Notes under the pieces: model-generated
What the model saw: the letters and a program-made list of their open reading frames with translations, nothing else
What the model was told of the DNA's origin: nothing
Database searches by the model: none
NCBI RefSeq assembly: GCF_001194135.2
Contig: NC_068987.1
Location: 26,222,866 to 26,271,344, forward strand
Direction: 5' to 3'
DNA length: 48,479 bases
DNA from: Octopus bimaculoides
Lineage: Eukaryota
In this document: in pieces, positions 1 through 12,388 of the stretch
How positions within the stretch are numbered: position 1 is the first letter of the stretch
How the letters are laid out: every line of letters begins with the position of its first letter
Position numbers and translations under genes: made by a program

Positions 1-60
1 GTAAAATATGTATTTAAATAAAAATTGTTAAATAAATAAATTCATGAATGGATGTTATTT

Positions 61-987
61 TCACAGCGATGATGCTCTTCTCAGTACATGAGTCGTTCCA
101 GTTAACACGATTTTTTGCACTTCCTGTAAGGATGGTAAGCCTGGTATCATTTTCAAATAGGTTTCAGTACCTTTTTTTTTATCATTCCTAGAGATCCTAC
201 AATCACTGGTACGGTAGTCTCCTTGAGATGCCAAATTTTTTCAATTTCTATTAGCAAGTCTTTATATTTACTGATCTTGTCAAATTCTTTCGCCGCTATA
301 TTATGATCGCAAGGAATACTCATGTCAAATAATAAACACATCTTCGCTGTCTGATCGTTTGTAATAATATCCGGTTTATTAGCTTTTATAGTTTTGTCGG
401 TATGTACGGGAAAGTCCCAGAGAATCGACACATTTTTTTCCCTCAGTCACAGCTTCAGGATGGTGTTTATACCATTTGTCAGCGGTTTTGATTTTATAAC
501 GCCGACATATTGTCCAGTGTACATACTGGCCGACTCTGTCATGTCTTGCTTTATATTCTACAGGAGCTAAGACTCTACACCCTGAGATTAGGTGGTCTAT
601 AGTTTCAATCTCATCGTTGCAGAATCGGCATTTTGGGTCAGCTCCATTTTTTATCTCATTCGCTTGGTAGTTTCGAGTTAATATGCTTTGGTCTTGAGCA
701 GGTAATATGAAGCCTTCACTCTCTACTTTTAGCCCTGAGCTTCGTAACCATTGATGCGTGTGTTTCTGGTCGACATCAGCTTGTTTGCTATGAGCCACAT
801 ACTTGCCATGCAGAGGTTTTTGTTCCCATCTGCTAGCTAATTTTTCCTGTGCAATTAATTTTGCAATTAATTTTATTTCCTTTGCAGCAGCAGTTGGCGC
901 ATTTCGTTCAACCTGATCAATCTGGTGGGTGCCTAAGAGATCAGTAGCAAATTTTTTGCTCTCTTTCAGAATAGAGTGAAGTTTTTC
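61..987 (-). mobile_element. 5'-truncated R4/Dong-type RLE non-LTR retrotransposon (CCHC knuckle + restriction-like endonuclease), frameshifted
   Basis: Minus-strand translations: RWEQKPLHGKY, WLRSSGLKVESEGFILPAQDQ, CRFCNDEIETIDHLISGC (CCHC), YKARHDRV, KANKPDII..LFDMSIP..EFDKISKYKDL (PD-D/ExK), VPVIVGSLG. C-terminus LQEVQKIVLTGTTHVLRRASSL* has its stop at 61-63. Two or more frameshifts. Confidence 0.92.
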
Positions 988-1420
988 GGTCTGTGAAAGA
1001 ATAGATGTTGAACGTAGCGGCAAATAAGTCACTGATGTACAGGAGGAAGAGAGTGCAGACCAAAAACAGGACCCTGGAAAATGCCGGTAAGTTGACAGAA
1101 TGTGGAAGATAAAGAACCCCGTTAACACACGCAGCAGTTGTGCGATCTGATAAGAAGCTACTGGCTCGTGCGATGAGAGATAGGTGAAACTTGTAGGAAA
1201 GAGGTTTCGAAAGGAAATTCGCATGGCAGATACAATTAAAAGCTTTGCTGTTGTCGAGGGTGACAATATTACTTCCACCAAATTCCACCAAAGTGAGAGC
1301 ATACTAATGCAAAAGGGAACAGAGTAAGTCGTCAGTAGATCTGGCTTTTTGGAAACCGTACTGGTGTTAATTAAGGAGGGACATTCAAGGTATTAGATGA
1401 CGCCATTGAAGTAGATTTTA
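988..1420 (-). mobile_element. Jockey/CR1-group (APE-type) LINE reverse transcriptase fragment, decayed
   Basis: HQYGFQKARSTDDLL, LDNSKAFNCICHANFLSK, SFLSDRTTAACVNG, TLFLLYISDL..YSFTD. These are RT motifs 2-5, and the fragment ends at the decayed FADD motif. Confidence 0.8.
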
Positions 1421-1744
1421 TTGTTTCTTTAGGCACTGATCGTCCCCGATTTAGCAAGCATATGATCAGAAGTGTTTTCGTTATGACCACTCCATCTTGT
1501 TTTTTTAGTCTATTACATTGCTTAATCTAGTGTCAGGAATACTTAAAAAGACAATAAGATGTGATTAAGCCTTTGATTGCCTAATTAAATTTCATGGGCA
1601 TTCTGTAAGGATGTTAATTATTCACCAAAAAAGCAGAATCGATATTTTCTGGTTGTGCAATATTTTCTCAATATCTCCTGTTGTTACGGTTTTCATATTC
1701 TCCACTAAAACTATTTGATTCCTGCTCTGTAAAGGGATATTTAA

Positions 1745-2150
1745 GGAAATATATCCTTTATCTTTTACTCGTTTCAGTCATTAGACTGCGGCCATGCTGG
1801 GACACTGCTTTGAAGAAATTTTAGTCGAAAAAATCGATCTCAGTATTTATATTTTTAAAGGCTGGTACTTAGTCTAGCGGTTACTTTTGACAAACTGCTA
1901 AATTACGTAAACAAACCAGCACCGGTTGTCAATCAGTGAGGGAGGGCAGTTACAGACATAAACATATAGAAACGCACACACTAACGTATATACGACAAGC
2001 TTCTTTCAGTTTCCATCTACCAAATCCACCCACAGGGATTTTGTCAACCCGAAGCTATAGTAGAAGACACTTGTCCAAGGTGCCACGCAGTGGGATTGAA
2101 CCTGGAACCGTATGGTTGGCAAGCAAGCTTCTTACCGCACAGCCACATAA
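1745..2150 (-). mobile_element. tRNA-derived SINE, family A, near full length
   Basis: Minus strand starts GTGGCTGTGCGGTAAG (A-box-like) ... GGTTCAATCCC (B-box-like). It ends CCCAGCATGGCCGCAGTCTAATGACTGAAACGAGTAAAAGATAAAGGATA. Multiple homologous copies occur in the window. Confidence 0.85.
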
Positions 2151-2725
2151 AAATTAAGAAAAATGTGAAAAATTATTCTTCGTAGAGAGAGTCATCAGGG
2201 ATGTCTCCGTTTCTCCGCAGCATAAGAACAGGGTTTTGCAAAACCGAGGAGTAAAATCGTTTCCTGCAATTAACTTTAATGAAATTTTGAGGGGATATAT
2301 CCGTTTCGCGTTCGAAGGGTTAAGGGGAAATTTGGTTGCTATTTCTAGGCGGCCGAGAGATCACATAGATATTCCCTTGTTGATTCTGCTATGTTGTGAA
2401 ATACTGTTTTCCTTGGTATATGTAATGTATGTCGTTTGATGCTGTTGCAGGTGACTAGGTTGTCATGTCCACGTTGAAAGCAGTTGGCGTAGTCTCTGTT
2501 CATTGGAAGCAGTACAAGTCTGGAATATGTTGTCTTTGTGTGGAAGGTTAAATAGAAGAAGGGATGAGTACAGCCATGTACACAGGAATATGTGTTGTTA
2601 GAAGTGAGAGCTAGAAAGTAATTGATGTATAGAAGAGAGAATGTTGGAAGGCGGGGACTATATTTATATATATAAACAACATTAGCTTCTATTTCAAAGT
2701 AAAGGAGTATACACACAAATATATA

Positions 2726-2820
<95 letters not shown>
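2726..2820. repeat. (ATCT)n microsatellite
   Basis: Direct reading. Confidence 0.97.
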
Positions 2821-2821
<1 letters not shown>

Positions 2822-3000
2822 GTACATATGCAAATATATATATATTTGTATGTGTGTATATATATATATACATATANNNNNNNNNNNNNNNNNNNNNNNN
2901 NNNNNNNNNNNNNNNNNNNNNNNNNNNNNNNNNNNNNNNNNNNNNNNNNNNNNNNNNNNNNNNNNNNNNNNNNNNNNNNNNNNNNNNNNNNNNNNNNNNN

Positions 3001-3041
<41 letters not shown>

Positions 3042-3150
3042 CACACACATATATATATATTACATATACATATATATATATATATATGTATATATATTAC
3101 ACACGTATACATATATGTATATATATACACGCATACACACATATATAGAT
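2821..3150. repeat. Compound (TA)n/(CA)n microsatellite spanning N-gap 2877-3000
   Basis: Direct reading. Confidence 0.9.
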
Positions 3151-3434
3151 ACATAATCACAATGATATTTATGATGTGTTACTTAGATACATCTAAAGTG
3201 GAATATAGTTTACGTACGTAATTTCATACACACATAGGCACGTCCAGCCGTCCAGATATACATACATGTACACACCTACGCACGCGTATATTTTATGCTC
3301 ATACAAATAGGAAAGAAAAAAAAAAACAACTAACAAACTAAAAAGAACCCATATATATTGATCCAATCAGATAGATAAACAGTTAAATTCGCAGTTAGTT
3401 CTTTGTACATGCAAATACTCATACATTCTGATAC

Positions 3435-3993
<559 letters not shown>

Positions 3994-4142
3994 AAAAATG
4001 TAACATTACAATAAACAATTGTTGGGAAAGATCAAACGCCTCTGTGGAATACATTAATCACAGAACAGAGACTGCAAATAAAATACAACCAGAGGTCACT
4101 TTTAGAAACAAACAAACAAAAAAAATCATTCTATTCAAATTA

Positions 4143-4312
<170 letters not shown>

Positions 4313-5254
4313 ATTTGCTGTTTTATAGAGTATCGTATCTATCACATCGTGACATACTAGTTGAATCTTACGTAGTACAATATCTTATGATATCCTGAAA
4401 TATATATTTTTTTTTTACCGCCGTTTTATATATAGTTATATTGCGAGTTGTTTTGAATTATCTGATTGAATCGATAAGAGTCAATAGACTACTACAGAAA
4501 TATGTACAAACGCGTATAGAGAAACAAACATATTCGGAAAGACAGACACATACTCTCTGGCATACGCAGAATGATACACACACCCATACACACACGTATG
4601 TGCAAACACAAACATACACAAACATATAAAAGGCTATAGCTCTTTGTTATGTACCATAACCATAGGCAACGGGGATTATGGACATCAATACCAAAGTCTT
4701 GAACATTTGTATAGAGGAAAATACACCAGTGGTTGCCTGTGGCTTTGTATAAGTTTATTTACGATTTACTCTACTTGTCTCATGCTTCCCCATGTTTTTT
4801 TGAGGCACAGGACCTGTTTAATCTTTGCGCAAGGGGTTTGTTTCACCTAACACCAGGGCATGTCAACACACCTGCAGGACTGTGTGACACATATCTAGAA
4901 GCAAGCTTCCCTGTATATCTTAGCCACAAGATCATCTTGTGGCTAAGACATATAAACGGGGCCCTTGACAGGTACTCCTGCTCGGGCCAGAGCGTACTTT
5001 TGGCTAGCGGTGGCAAAGGGCTAACACTATGCTCCGGCCAAAATTGCCGAATTCTCGGGATGGAGCATCAATACTAGATGCAGTTTAATGTCATGTATTG
5101 CCAGGGCATTATCTAACGTTTCAAATTATCCACAAGCGCTGCGAATGAACTAATTAATCCACATTACAGACTTATGAGTTTAGCTGAGTCCTAGTATGTT
5201 TGCACAATAGATAGCAATAAACCTCCAAGTTTGATATTTATATGAAATTCTTAA

Positions 5255-5360
5255 CAAAACCTGTACTGGGGTTGATTTATTCGACTAAAAACTCTCCCAG
5301 GTGGTGCCCCAGCATGGCCGCACTCTAATGACTGAAGCAAGTAAAGGATAAAGGATACTA
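5255..5360 (+). mobile_element. SINE family A 3' fragment
   Basis: GGTGCCCCAGCATGGCCGCACTCTAATGACTGAAGCAAGTAAAGGATAAAGGATA matches the tail of 1745-2150. Confidence 0.85.
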
Positions 5361-5551
5361 CCGGTGAGTGCATTGTTTGAAGATGCCTGGTATACAGTTT
5401 TGTTGTTGTCAATTCTATAATTCCTGCAGTGTATATCATTATTTGTTGTCATTTAGTTTTATTGAAAGCAGACGGTCCGATTTTAGCCTCGCTATCTGAG
5501 AGAAAGAAGACGTAGATTTTATAAGACCGTGGACAGGAAATATGAGATTGG

Positions 5552-5834
5552 TTTACTTGTTTCATTTACTAGACTGCGGCCATGCTGGGGCACCATTTTG
5601 AAGAACATTTAAAAAAATCCTGGTACTTATTCTATCGAACCCTTTTGCTGAATCCCTAGATTAACTGGACGTAAACACACCAGCATCGGTTGTCAAGCGG
5701 TGAGTGGCGGGGACAAACAAGCACACACAGATACACACACATATATGACGGGCTTCTTTTAGTTTCCGTCTATCAAATCCATTCACAAGACTGAACCCAG
5801 AACTATGTGGTTGGAAAGCACGCTTCTTGCCACT
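5552..5834 (-). mobile_element. SINE family A, internally deleted copy
   Basis: Tail GACTGCGGCCATGCTGGGG, body GGGCTTCTTTTAGTTTCCGTCTATCAAATCCA, head remnant GAACCCAGAACTATGTGGTTGG. The segment GCTATAGTAGAAGACACTTG seen in other copies is missing. Confidence 0.85.
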
Positions 5835-6121
5835 GTGATGGCTTAAATGTGGAAACGGGAGCTAGAGGCGAATAGCAAGTGTCAAAGAATATGTGGGAGT
5901 ATACCTACGCAGTCAAAAAAAATAAATCTGTTGGAAATTCGTGTATGTTACTTATATTAAAGTACATTTATTTTTGTTTGGGATTAAGCTTTTTTCCTTA
6001 CAAACGTCGTCAGCGGATAAACTTACGTTTTAATGCGGATGAAATTTCATTCACAGGCGATGTCTTACCAAACTCTGGTTTAAATAATCTCAAGTGTTAG
6101 AAACACGTAACTAAATCTTAA

Positions 6122-6122
<1 letters not shown>

Positions 6123-6181
<59 letters not shown>

Positions 6182-6191
6182 CAATAATAAC
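6123..6191. repeat. (AAT)n microsatellite
   Basis: Direct reading. Confidence 0.97.
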
Positions 6192-6347
6192 TTCGGAAAA
6201 TATTTTTTTAAAGTTGTCACAATAATGACCTTTCTATTTAAATATTTTAAATTTTATTTCTTCGCTGTCATCCTTAATTTCTCATTTCATTAATCTTCAC
6301 TTCCAACATGAGACTGGAAAAATAGATTATCACTTTATCGTCTATTA

Positions 6348-6780
6348 TTGATCTTATATCCCACTCTTCCCCGAATTAAGGAAAGTAAAAGCTGGATATC
6401 GCCCAGGAAAAGACCAAATGATAGTAAATCATATGCAATTCAGGAATGGTCTAAAGCTTGATCATCCATGAATAGCAAAAGCGGAACTGAAGTCAGAGAA
6501 GGAATTAAGAACCCTTATAAATACTGTGTGAATATTTAGCAATAACATTAGAAATATGGCATTTCCAAGCGTGGAACCCTTGTTGTGAAGTAAGAGATAT
6601 ATTATAAAAGTGAAAGTTTAAATTTACCGAAGATAAATGAGAGAATGATATACACAATAGACATAAATATGCTGGGGTTTTGGAAGCTGATGGCATAACT
6701 ACTATCACTGCTATCAATTTAAGAGCGGTAACCATCATCAGCCACAACAGTAATTCGCACCTGGAAACAAAATAAAAAGG
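6348..6780 (+). mobile_element. R4/Dong-type RT core fragment, decayed
   Basis: LRKVKAGYRPGKDQMIVNHMQFRNGLKL (cf. INHLLFMDDLKL), KSEKELRTLINTV*IFSNNI, HKYAGVLEADGI, AINLRAVTII. Stops and indels are present. Confidence 0.7.
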
Positions 6781-7123
6781 TTATTACCATTAAACATTTT
6801 CATTGTATAGTAGGTTTGTTGCACTGTTGTCATAATTCTATGAGCTAGGTCGCAGAATAATTCTGAGAGGGTTGAGAATACCAATTCTTTTACTGTCTAA
6901 ATATTTATCAAAATGTAAAATCGTCTTAGATATTTTATATAATAAACCTTAAGTTACATAAAGGCTAAAACACTGCATTGTGTTGCAATAAAGGGATGAA
7001 AATCATAGTTGTAATAGTTGCTGTGGTTTAGTTCAGTTAACCATCATGTTCTCTTCCAGAACATGTTATGTAGTCTGTCTTATTTTACATAAGGCAATGT
7101 ACCTCTCTTTTTGAAACGCTAGC

Positions 7124-7185
7124 GAGTGATTTGAGGAATATTTGGCTGCTACTTCTTGAAGGTCGACAAACTGTGAATACATTCT
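7124..7185 (+). repeat. Short dispersed repeat, second copy at ~24224-24273
   Basis: Shared core ATTTGGCTG(C/T)TA(C/T)TTCT..AGG..GA in both places. Confidence 0.45.
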
Positions 7186-8319
7186 CTCACTGGCTCGTGA
7201 AATGCGTTTTTGACTTACTATTTAAGCAGATAGATGTTTGGATTCAAGATGTGTCTCGCAAATAAATATACATTTACAATTAAACCAGTAGCCTATCGTC
7301 ACTTCACTGTTTTTAAGGTTAATGTTAGAAGAGAGAAACGACGTTGGAGCATCTAGGAGGTCGTCAGACATACTAGAAATAGCAAAGGCATACACTCGAA
7401 TCACATACTTTATCGTCTTAAAAAAGAGGACTCATTAGATTATGCAGATACACTGTGTATGACAAGATACAATATAACTGCTGGAATGTCTTTCACTGTA
7501 GCTCTGTTCAATCATATCTGGTTGGGACTACACAACAACAAGCAAAACACTAACATCGATACGACAACAACAGTAACAACAACAGCAGCAACAACATTTC
7601 TATAATACCCTATCTCTATATTTCTATAATACCTATCGTTGTTTCTGTATTACGTATTAACTGATACTTATCTCTATCTAATACTGATGTAATAATACCT
7701 ATTTATATATGGTTTTATAATATGTATCGCTATTTATTAATAATCGTCTCTGTCCAGTGCTGATGCGATTAACGAAGATAATGATTTTAACTATCTTGAT
7801 TAGAAGAATCCACGTACAGTTTATCTGTCCTGTGAATTTTAGTTGATAAAGAAATGGAAGTTGTATATTCATGTATTTTCATGTTGATAAAGGAATAGAA
7901 GTTGTAATATCATGTTTTCAGTGGAATTAGTAAAATAGACAGTATACGTCTGAAACACTAAGTTGGCTGAGAATTTATTATTGTTAAGGAAACCATTCAC
8001 TATATTAGCACTTGATTTCCTTATAGTCAAGTCTTGTATAAACATATTTATGATCACTGATACACGAGTATGGCATCATTGTTGAGGGTGACCTTCTTCA
8101 TTCACGACAGCAGGGTTTTACTTGAGGTCTGTCTGGTTGCTGTTTCCAGCATGTTGATTGAGAGCATGGCGACTCCTGTCGGCACGCTATTTTTCTTAGT
8201 AGTCTCTCGAGTCCAAGAAAGAAAATTTTTTGATGAATAATCTGATGATTTGTTCATAGTGATAAAATGTAGTATAGCACAATAGCTTACTCCCTCAATC
8301 AAATCGACATTGTTTGTAC

Positions 8320-8480
8320 AGCTGCACGGTGTGCCAGACTTTAGACGTTGAAGTGATCACAAAGCAATGCAAAATGAAGTGCTTTGCTCAAAAATTCAAC
8401 GCACCCTACGCCCGTTCGGTATTCGAAACCACGATCCCACGCTCATGAATGCAACACCCTAACCACTAGGCTACACGCCC
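8320..8480 (-). mobile_element. tRNA-derived SINE head (family B-like)
   Basis: Minus strand GGCGTGTAGCCTAGTGGTTAGGGTGTTGCATTCATGAGCGTGGGATCGTGGTTTCGAATACC ... TTGAGCAAAGCACTTCATTTT. Confidence 0.75.
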
Positions 8481-9146
8481 CGAATGACAGGCTATATTAT
8501 TTTGATTATTTGCATTAATAGCGGAATCGATAGCATATCAAACAAAACTCCTGGTGGCCACAGTGTATCCGTATCACTTTGCGTTATGAAAACAAATATC
8601 CCGCTGGGAGCAGTTCTTAAGTTCTTCCAGCGGCGATAAAATGCGTATCAGTCAAATGCCAAGGTGAATCTAATTGAATATATTCCACTCCATCAACATT
8701 TGGGACTTTGTGCTAGTGTCAGAAATCCATATTTGTACTAATGTCATCGATTCCGGAGGGACAGAGAGAAGTTTGTTCCAGATGTTCCGATACTTAAAAT
8801 AGTAATATTTATTTCACGACATAAACTTGTAACTCTGTTGCGTACTTTGTAAAAATTACCACAATTTTAACAGATCGCACATTCACCTTATCGCACAAAC
8901 CTATTTGGAATCTCTGAGGGGCAATATTTCATTTCAACACACTTTTGTTTGTCTCTCTTTTAATGGTGATTCAACTTATTTTTTCAACTATAATTTCATC
9001 CCGAACAAACCAGAGTAAAATAGTACACACTTTTTCCAATTCTGCATAGTATAGCATCTGTGCAGAGGGCTGACAAACGAAATAAAAAGGTACTCAACAT
9101 ATTTAGTAGGAGGTACATGCATTAAATCAGCTCCATCTGACTTAAA

Positions 9147-9147
<1 letters not shown>

Positions 9148-9199
<52 letters not shown>

Positions 9200-9270
9200 T
9201 ATATACATGCATACGTACGTACATACATACATACATACATACATACATAAATACGCGCGCACACACACAT
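9148..9270. repeat. (TA)n/(TACA)n/(CA)n compound microsatellite
   Basis: Direct reading. Confidence 0.93.
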
Positions 9271-9331
9271 GCACGCCCGCTGTTATAAAATCGATAAAAA
9301 GAGTAGTGAACGTACTGTGAAGAATGGAAAA

Positions 9332-9364
9332 TCCAACGTTTCGGACGGCAGCCTTCTTCAGGGA
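9332..9364 (-). ncRNA. Minimal type I hammerhead ribozyme motif (PLE pseudo-LTR type)
   Basis: Minus strand UCC-CUGAAGA-A-GGCUGCCGUCC-GAA-ACGU-U-GGA. It has both catalytic core blocks, a 3-bp stem I, a GG/CC-closed stem II and a palindromic ACGU helix III. Confidence 0.65.
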
Positions 9365-9829
9365 AAAGTTGAAAAGGAGAAATAAATGATACACAGCAGA
9401 ATTATACCCCCTAAGTTAAAAAAACAGAAAAAGCTGACTTCAACTGTTAAGGAACACCGAACGACGATGGCTTCATTCGTGAACAAGAAGTGATAGGAGA
9501 AACATATTTATATATACACGCACACACACCTGTCAGTTCTCTAAACGAAATCCTACTCACTTCTACCATATACACTAGCACCGTACCAGTCGTATTCACA
9601 GACATAGGCGCACGTAATTACACACACGCACACACACACGGACAGACACACACTCTCTCATACACACATCAACAGGCACTCCTCTATCAATCTCTTGCAA
9701 TTACTCGTCTCACGTCCAGTGAGGCAAAGGTCGAACATCTGGACCTAACCCAGGTGCGTTTCCCCTGGCTATCTCCTCTCTTCTTTTATCACCTTTCCCA
9801 CTTCCTTGTCTCTCCCTGGACTTTCACCA

Positions 9830-9867
9830 AGTATCTGATGAAGAAACATTGTCCGAAAAGTTATACT
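9830..9867 (+). ncRNA. Minimal type I hammerhead ribozyme motif, partly decayed
   Basis: AGUAU-CUGAUGA-A-GAAACAUUGUCC-GAA-AAGU-U-AUACU. Stem I is 5 bp and the core is intact. Helix III reads AAGU rather than ACGU and stem II is mismatched. Confidence 0.55.
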
Positions 9868-10359
9868 CATTTAACTCCTGATATTTATATTCTGTAAGTC
9901 GGACTATTTTATATCCATACACATGTATATTTTTTTCTGTTAAATGTACATAATATTCTGTGTAAATCGATTTGCATAACTTGCTTGTCATTAGATTTAC
10001 TCATCTATCGGCTCTTGAACACTTCGAAGTGTATTCTGTACAGAGAACTCTAGTCTCTAGCCTACCTGTATATATNNNNNNNNNNNNNNNNNNNNNNNNN
10101 NNNNNNNNNNNNNNNNNNNNNNNNNNNNNNNNNNNNNNNNNNNNNNNNNNNNNNNNNNNNNNNNNNNNNNNNNNNNNNNNNNATGGAGTAAAACGCATAT
10201 GTTAACTGCATACTCAAGTACCCAAAATATCAAGGAGTTTCTACCTCATAAACAGGAGTTACACCACAATTATTTTGTGATCTTTGCTACTCTGGTATTT
10301 ATTAACCAATTTATTTTGTCCAAGTTATTTATTAATTAGGAGAAAATAAATACATATAA

Positions 10360-10449
10360 TGAAATATATATATATATATGCATACATATACATGTATATA
10401 TATGCATGTATGTATGTATATATATGTCTTTATACATATACTTATATAC

Positions 10450-10515
<66 letters not shown>
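10360..10515. repeat. (TA)n/(TG)n compound microsatellite
   Basis: Direct reading. Confidence 0.93.
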
Positions 10516-11001
10516 ATTTAGATCAAATGAAATATATCATATTTTAAAAGTTTTTTTTACGAATTCCGAACAGTATAAAATCGGTAATGTTTTTAACGTA
10601 TCGTAAGAAGTTTTGTAAAACTTCGCAAAGCATTATTTTATGATATTCCACTCTAAACATTTCCCATTATCTATAGAAGAAGATATCTCACAACATAGTA
10701 AAGTGATAGCCAATGTAATATCTTACGGGCCGCATGTCTGAGGATTAGTTCTCAGGTTTGGTTTCAAACTAGTTTATCATATTGAATTATTTTTCTTTTC
10801 TTCTTTCGATTCAGATGAAGTCGGTATTTTATATCATCATTCTGAAATTATCCCACTCTAATTTTTTCCCATTCCCTAGAGTGTAATATGTTATTTATAT
10901 CACTGTAAAGATTTCCGATATTATAGCGTGTAGTGAGCTTAGCTTATCATACCCCGCAGTTAACTACGCCGAGCTAACGTGATATTTTCAAAAGCATATA
11001 A

Positions 11002-11143
11002 TATATATGTATATATGCATGTATGTATGTATGTATGTATGTATGTATGTATATATATATATATATGTATGTACGTATCACTCTATCTATACACACATAT
11101 TTCCATTCATTTCATCCATATCATCCAATTCATTCATCCATCA

Positions 11144-11176
<33 letters not shown>

Positions 11177-11192
11177 CATACACACACACACA

Positions 11193-11272
<80 letters not shown>

Positions 11273-11290
11273 TATACACGCATATATACG
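11002..11290. repeat. (TATG)n/(TA)n/(CA)n compound microsatellite
   Basis: Direct reading. Confidence 0.9.
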
Positions 11291-11598
11291 TCTATTATGT
11301 TCTAATGTTAAAATCTCATGCGCATGCTTGTGTTATGGTAATATAATACTTGCAGCGGTGTTTTAGTGCTCACGATATCTTATAAAATATGCTGCAGCTA
11401 ACTGTGAAATTTCAATACTGTAACAATTACATCATAAGGGAAACTTCGTTAACTGTGAAAGTGTCTTTCCTTTCACAAATCCCTATTACCATTTAGAATA
11501 AGTTAAAGAAGCGGGCAATTGCAACCTGTATAACATAGCAGAGAAAAATTAAGGTTTTTTATCCCCACCCATATAATTTTATATAAAGTAATATATAT

Positions 11599-12388
11599 NN
11601 NNNNNNNNNNNNNNNNNNNNNNNNNNNNNNNNNNNNNNNNNNNNNNNNNNNNNNNNNNNNNNNNNNNNNNNNNNNNNNNNNNNNNNNNNNNNNNNNNNNN
11701 NNNNNNNNNNNNNNNNNNNNNNNNNNNNNNNNNNNNNNNNNNNNNNNNNNNNNNNNNNNNNNNNNNNNNNNNNNNNNNNNNNNNNNNNNNNNNNNNNNNN
11801 NNNNNNNNNNNNNNNNNNNNNNNNNNNNNNNNNNNNNNNNNNNNNNNNNNNNNNNNNNNNNNNNNNNNNNNNNNNNNNNNNNNNNNNNNNNNNNNNNNNN
11901 NNNNNNNNNNNNNNNNNNNNNNNNNNNNNNNNNNNNNNNNNNNNNNNNNNNNNNNNNNNNNNNNNNNNNNNNNNNNNNNNNNNNNNNNNNNNNNNNNNNN
12001 NNNNNNNNNNNNNNNNNNNNNNNNNNNNNNNNNNNNNNNNNNNNNNNNNNNNNNNNNNNNNNNNNNNNNNNNNNNNNNNNNNNNNNNNNNNNNNNNNNNN
12101 NNNNNNNNNNNNNNNNNNNNNNNNNNNNNNNNNNNNNNNNNNNNNNNNNNNNNNNNNNNNNNNNNNNNNNNNNNNNNNNNNNNNNNNNNNNNNNNNNNNN
12201 NNNNNNNNNNNNNNNNNNNNNNNNNNNNNNNNNNNNNNNNNNNNNNNNNNNNNNNNNNNNNNNNNNNNNNNNNNNNNNNNNNNNNNNNNNNNNNNNNNNN
12301 NNNNNNNNNNNNNNNNNNNNNNNNNNNNNNNNNNNNNNNNNNNNNNNNNNNNNNNNNNNNNNNNNNNNNNNNNNNNNNNNNNNNNNNN
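11599..12388. other. Assembly gap (largest, ~790 N)
   Basis: N run. Other gaps: 2877-3000, 10076-10182, 15934-16294, 17308-17802, ~25977-26637, 33272-33281, ~34848-34862, 36131-36178, 43614-43937, 46500-46635. Most abut microsatellites. Confidence 0.99.

Noticed and set aside
379-1302. 307 aa ORF as an intact gene
   Set aside because: It is a chance read-through of an off-frame Jockey-type fragment into a frameshifted Dong fragment.
5040-5080. Helitron 3' end (hairpin + CTAG)
   Set aside because: CTAG is followed by A rather than T and no matching 5' TC terminus was identified.
7990-8310. Possible RTE-like LINE 3' coding remnant (minus strand, RLLRKIA..)
   Set aside because: Only one weak motif; I cannot support it without a search.
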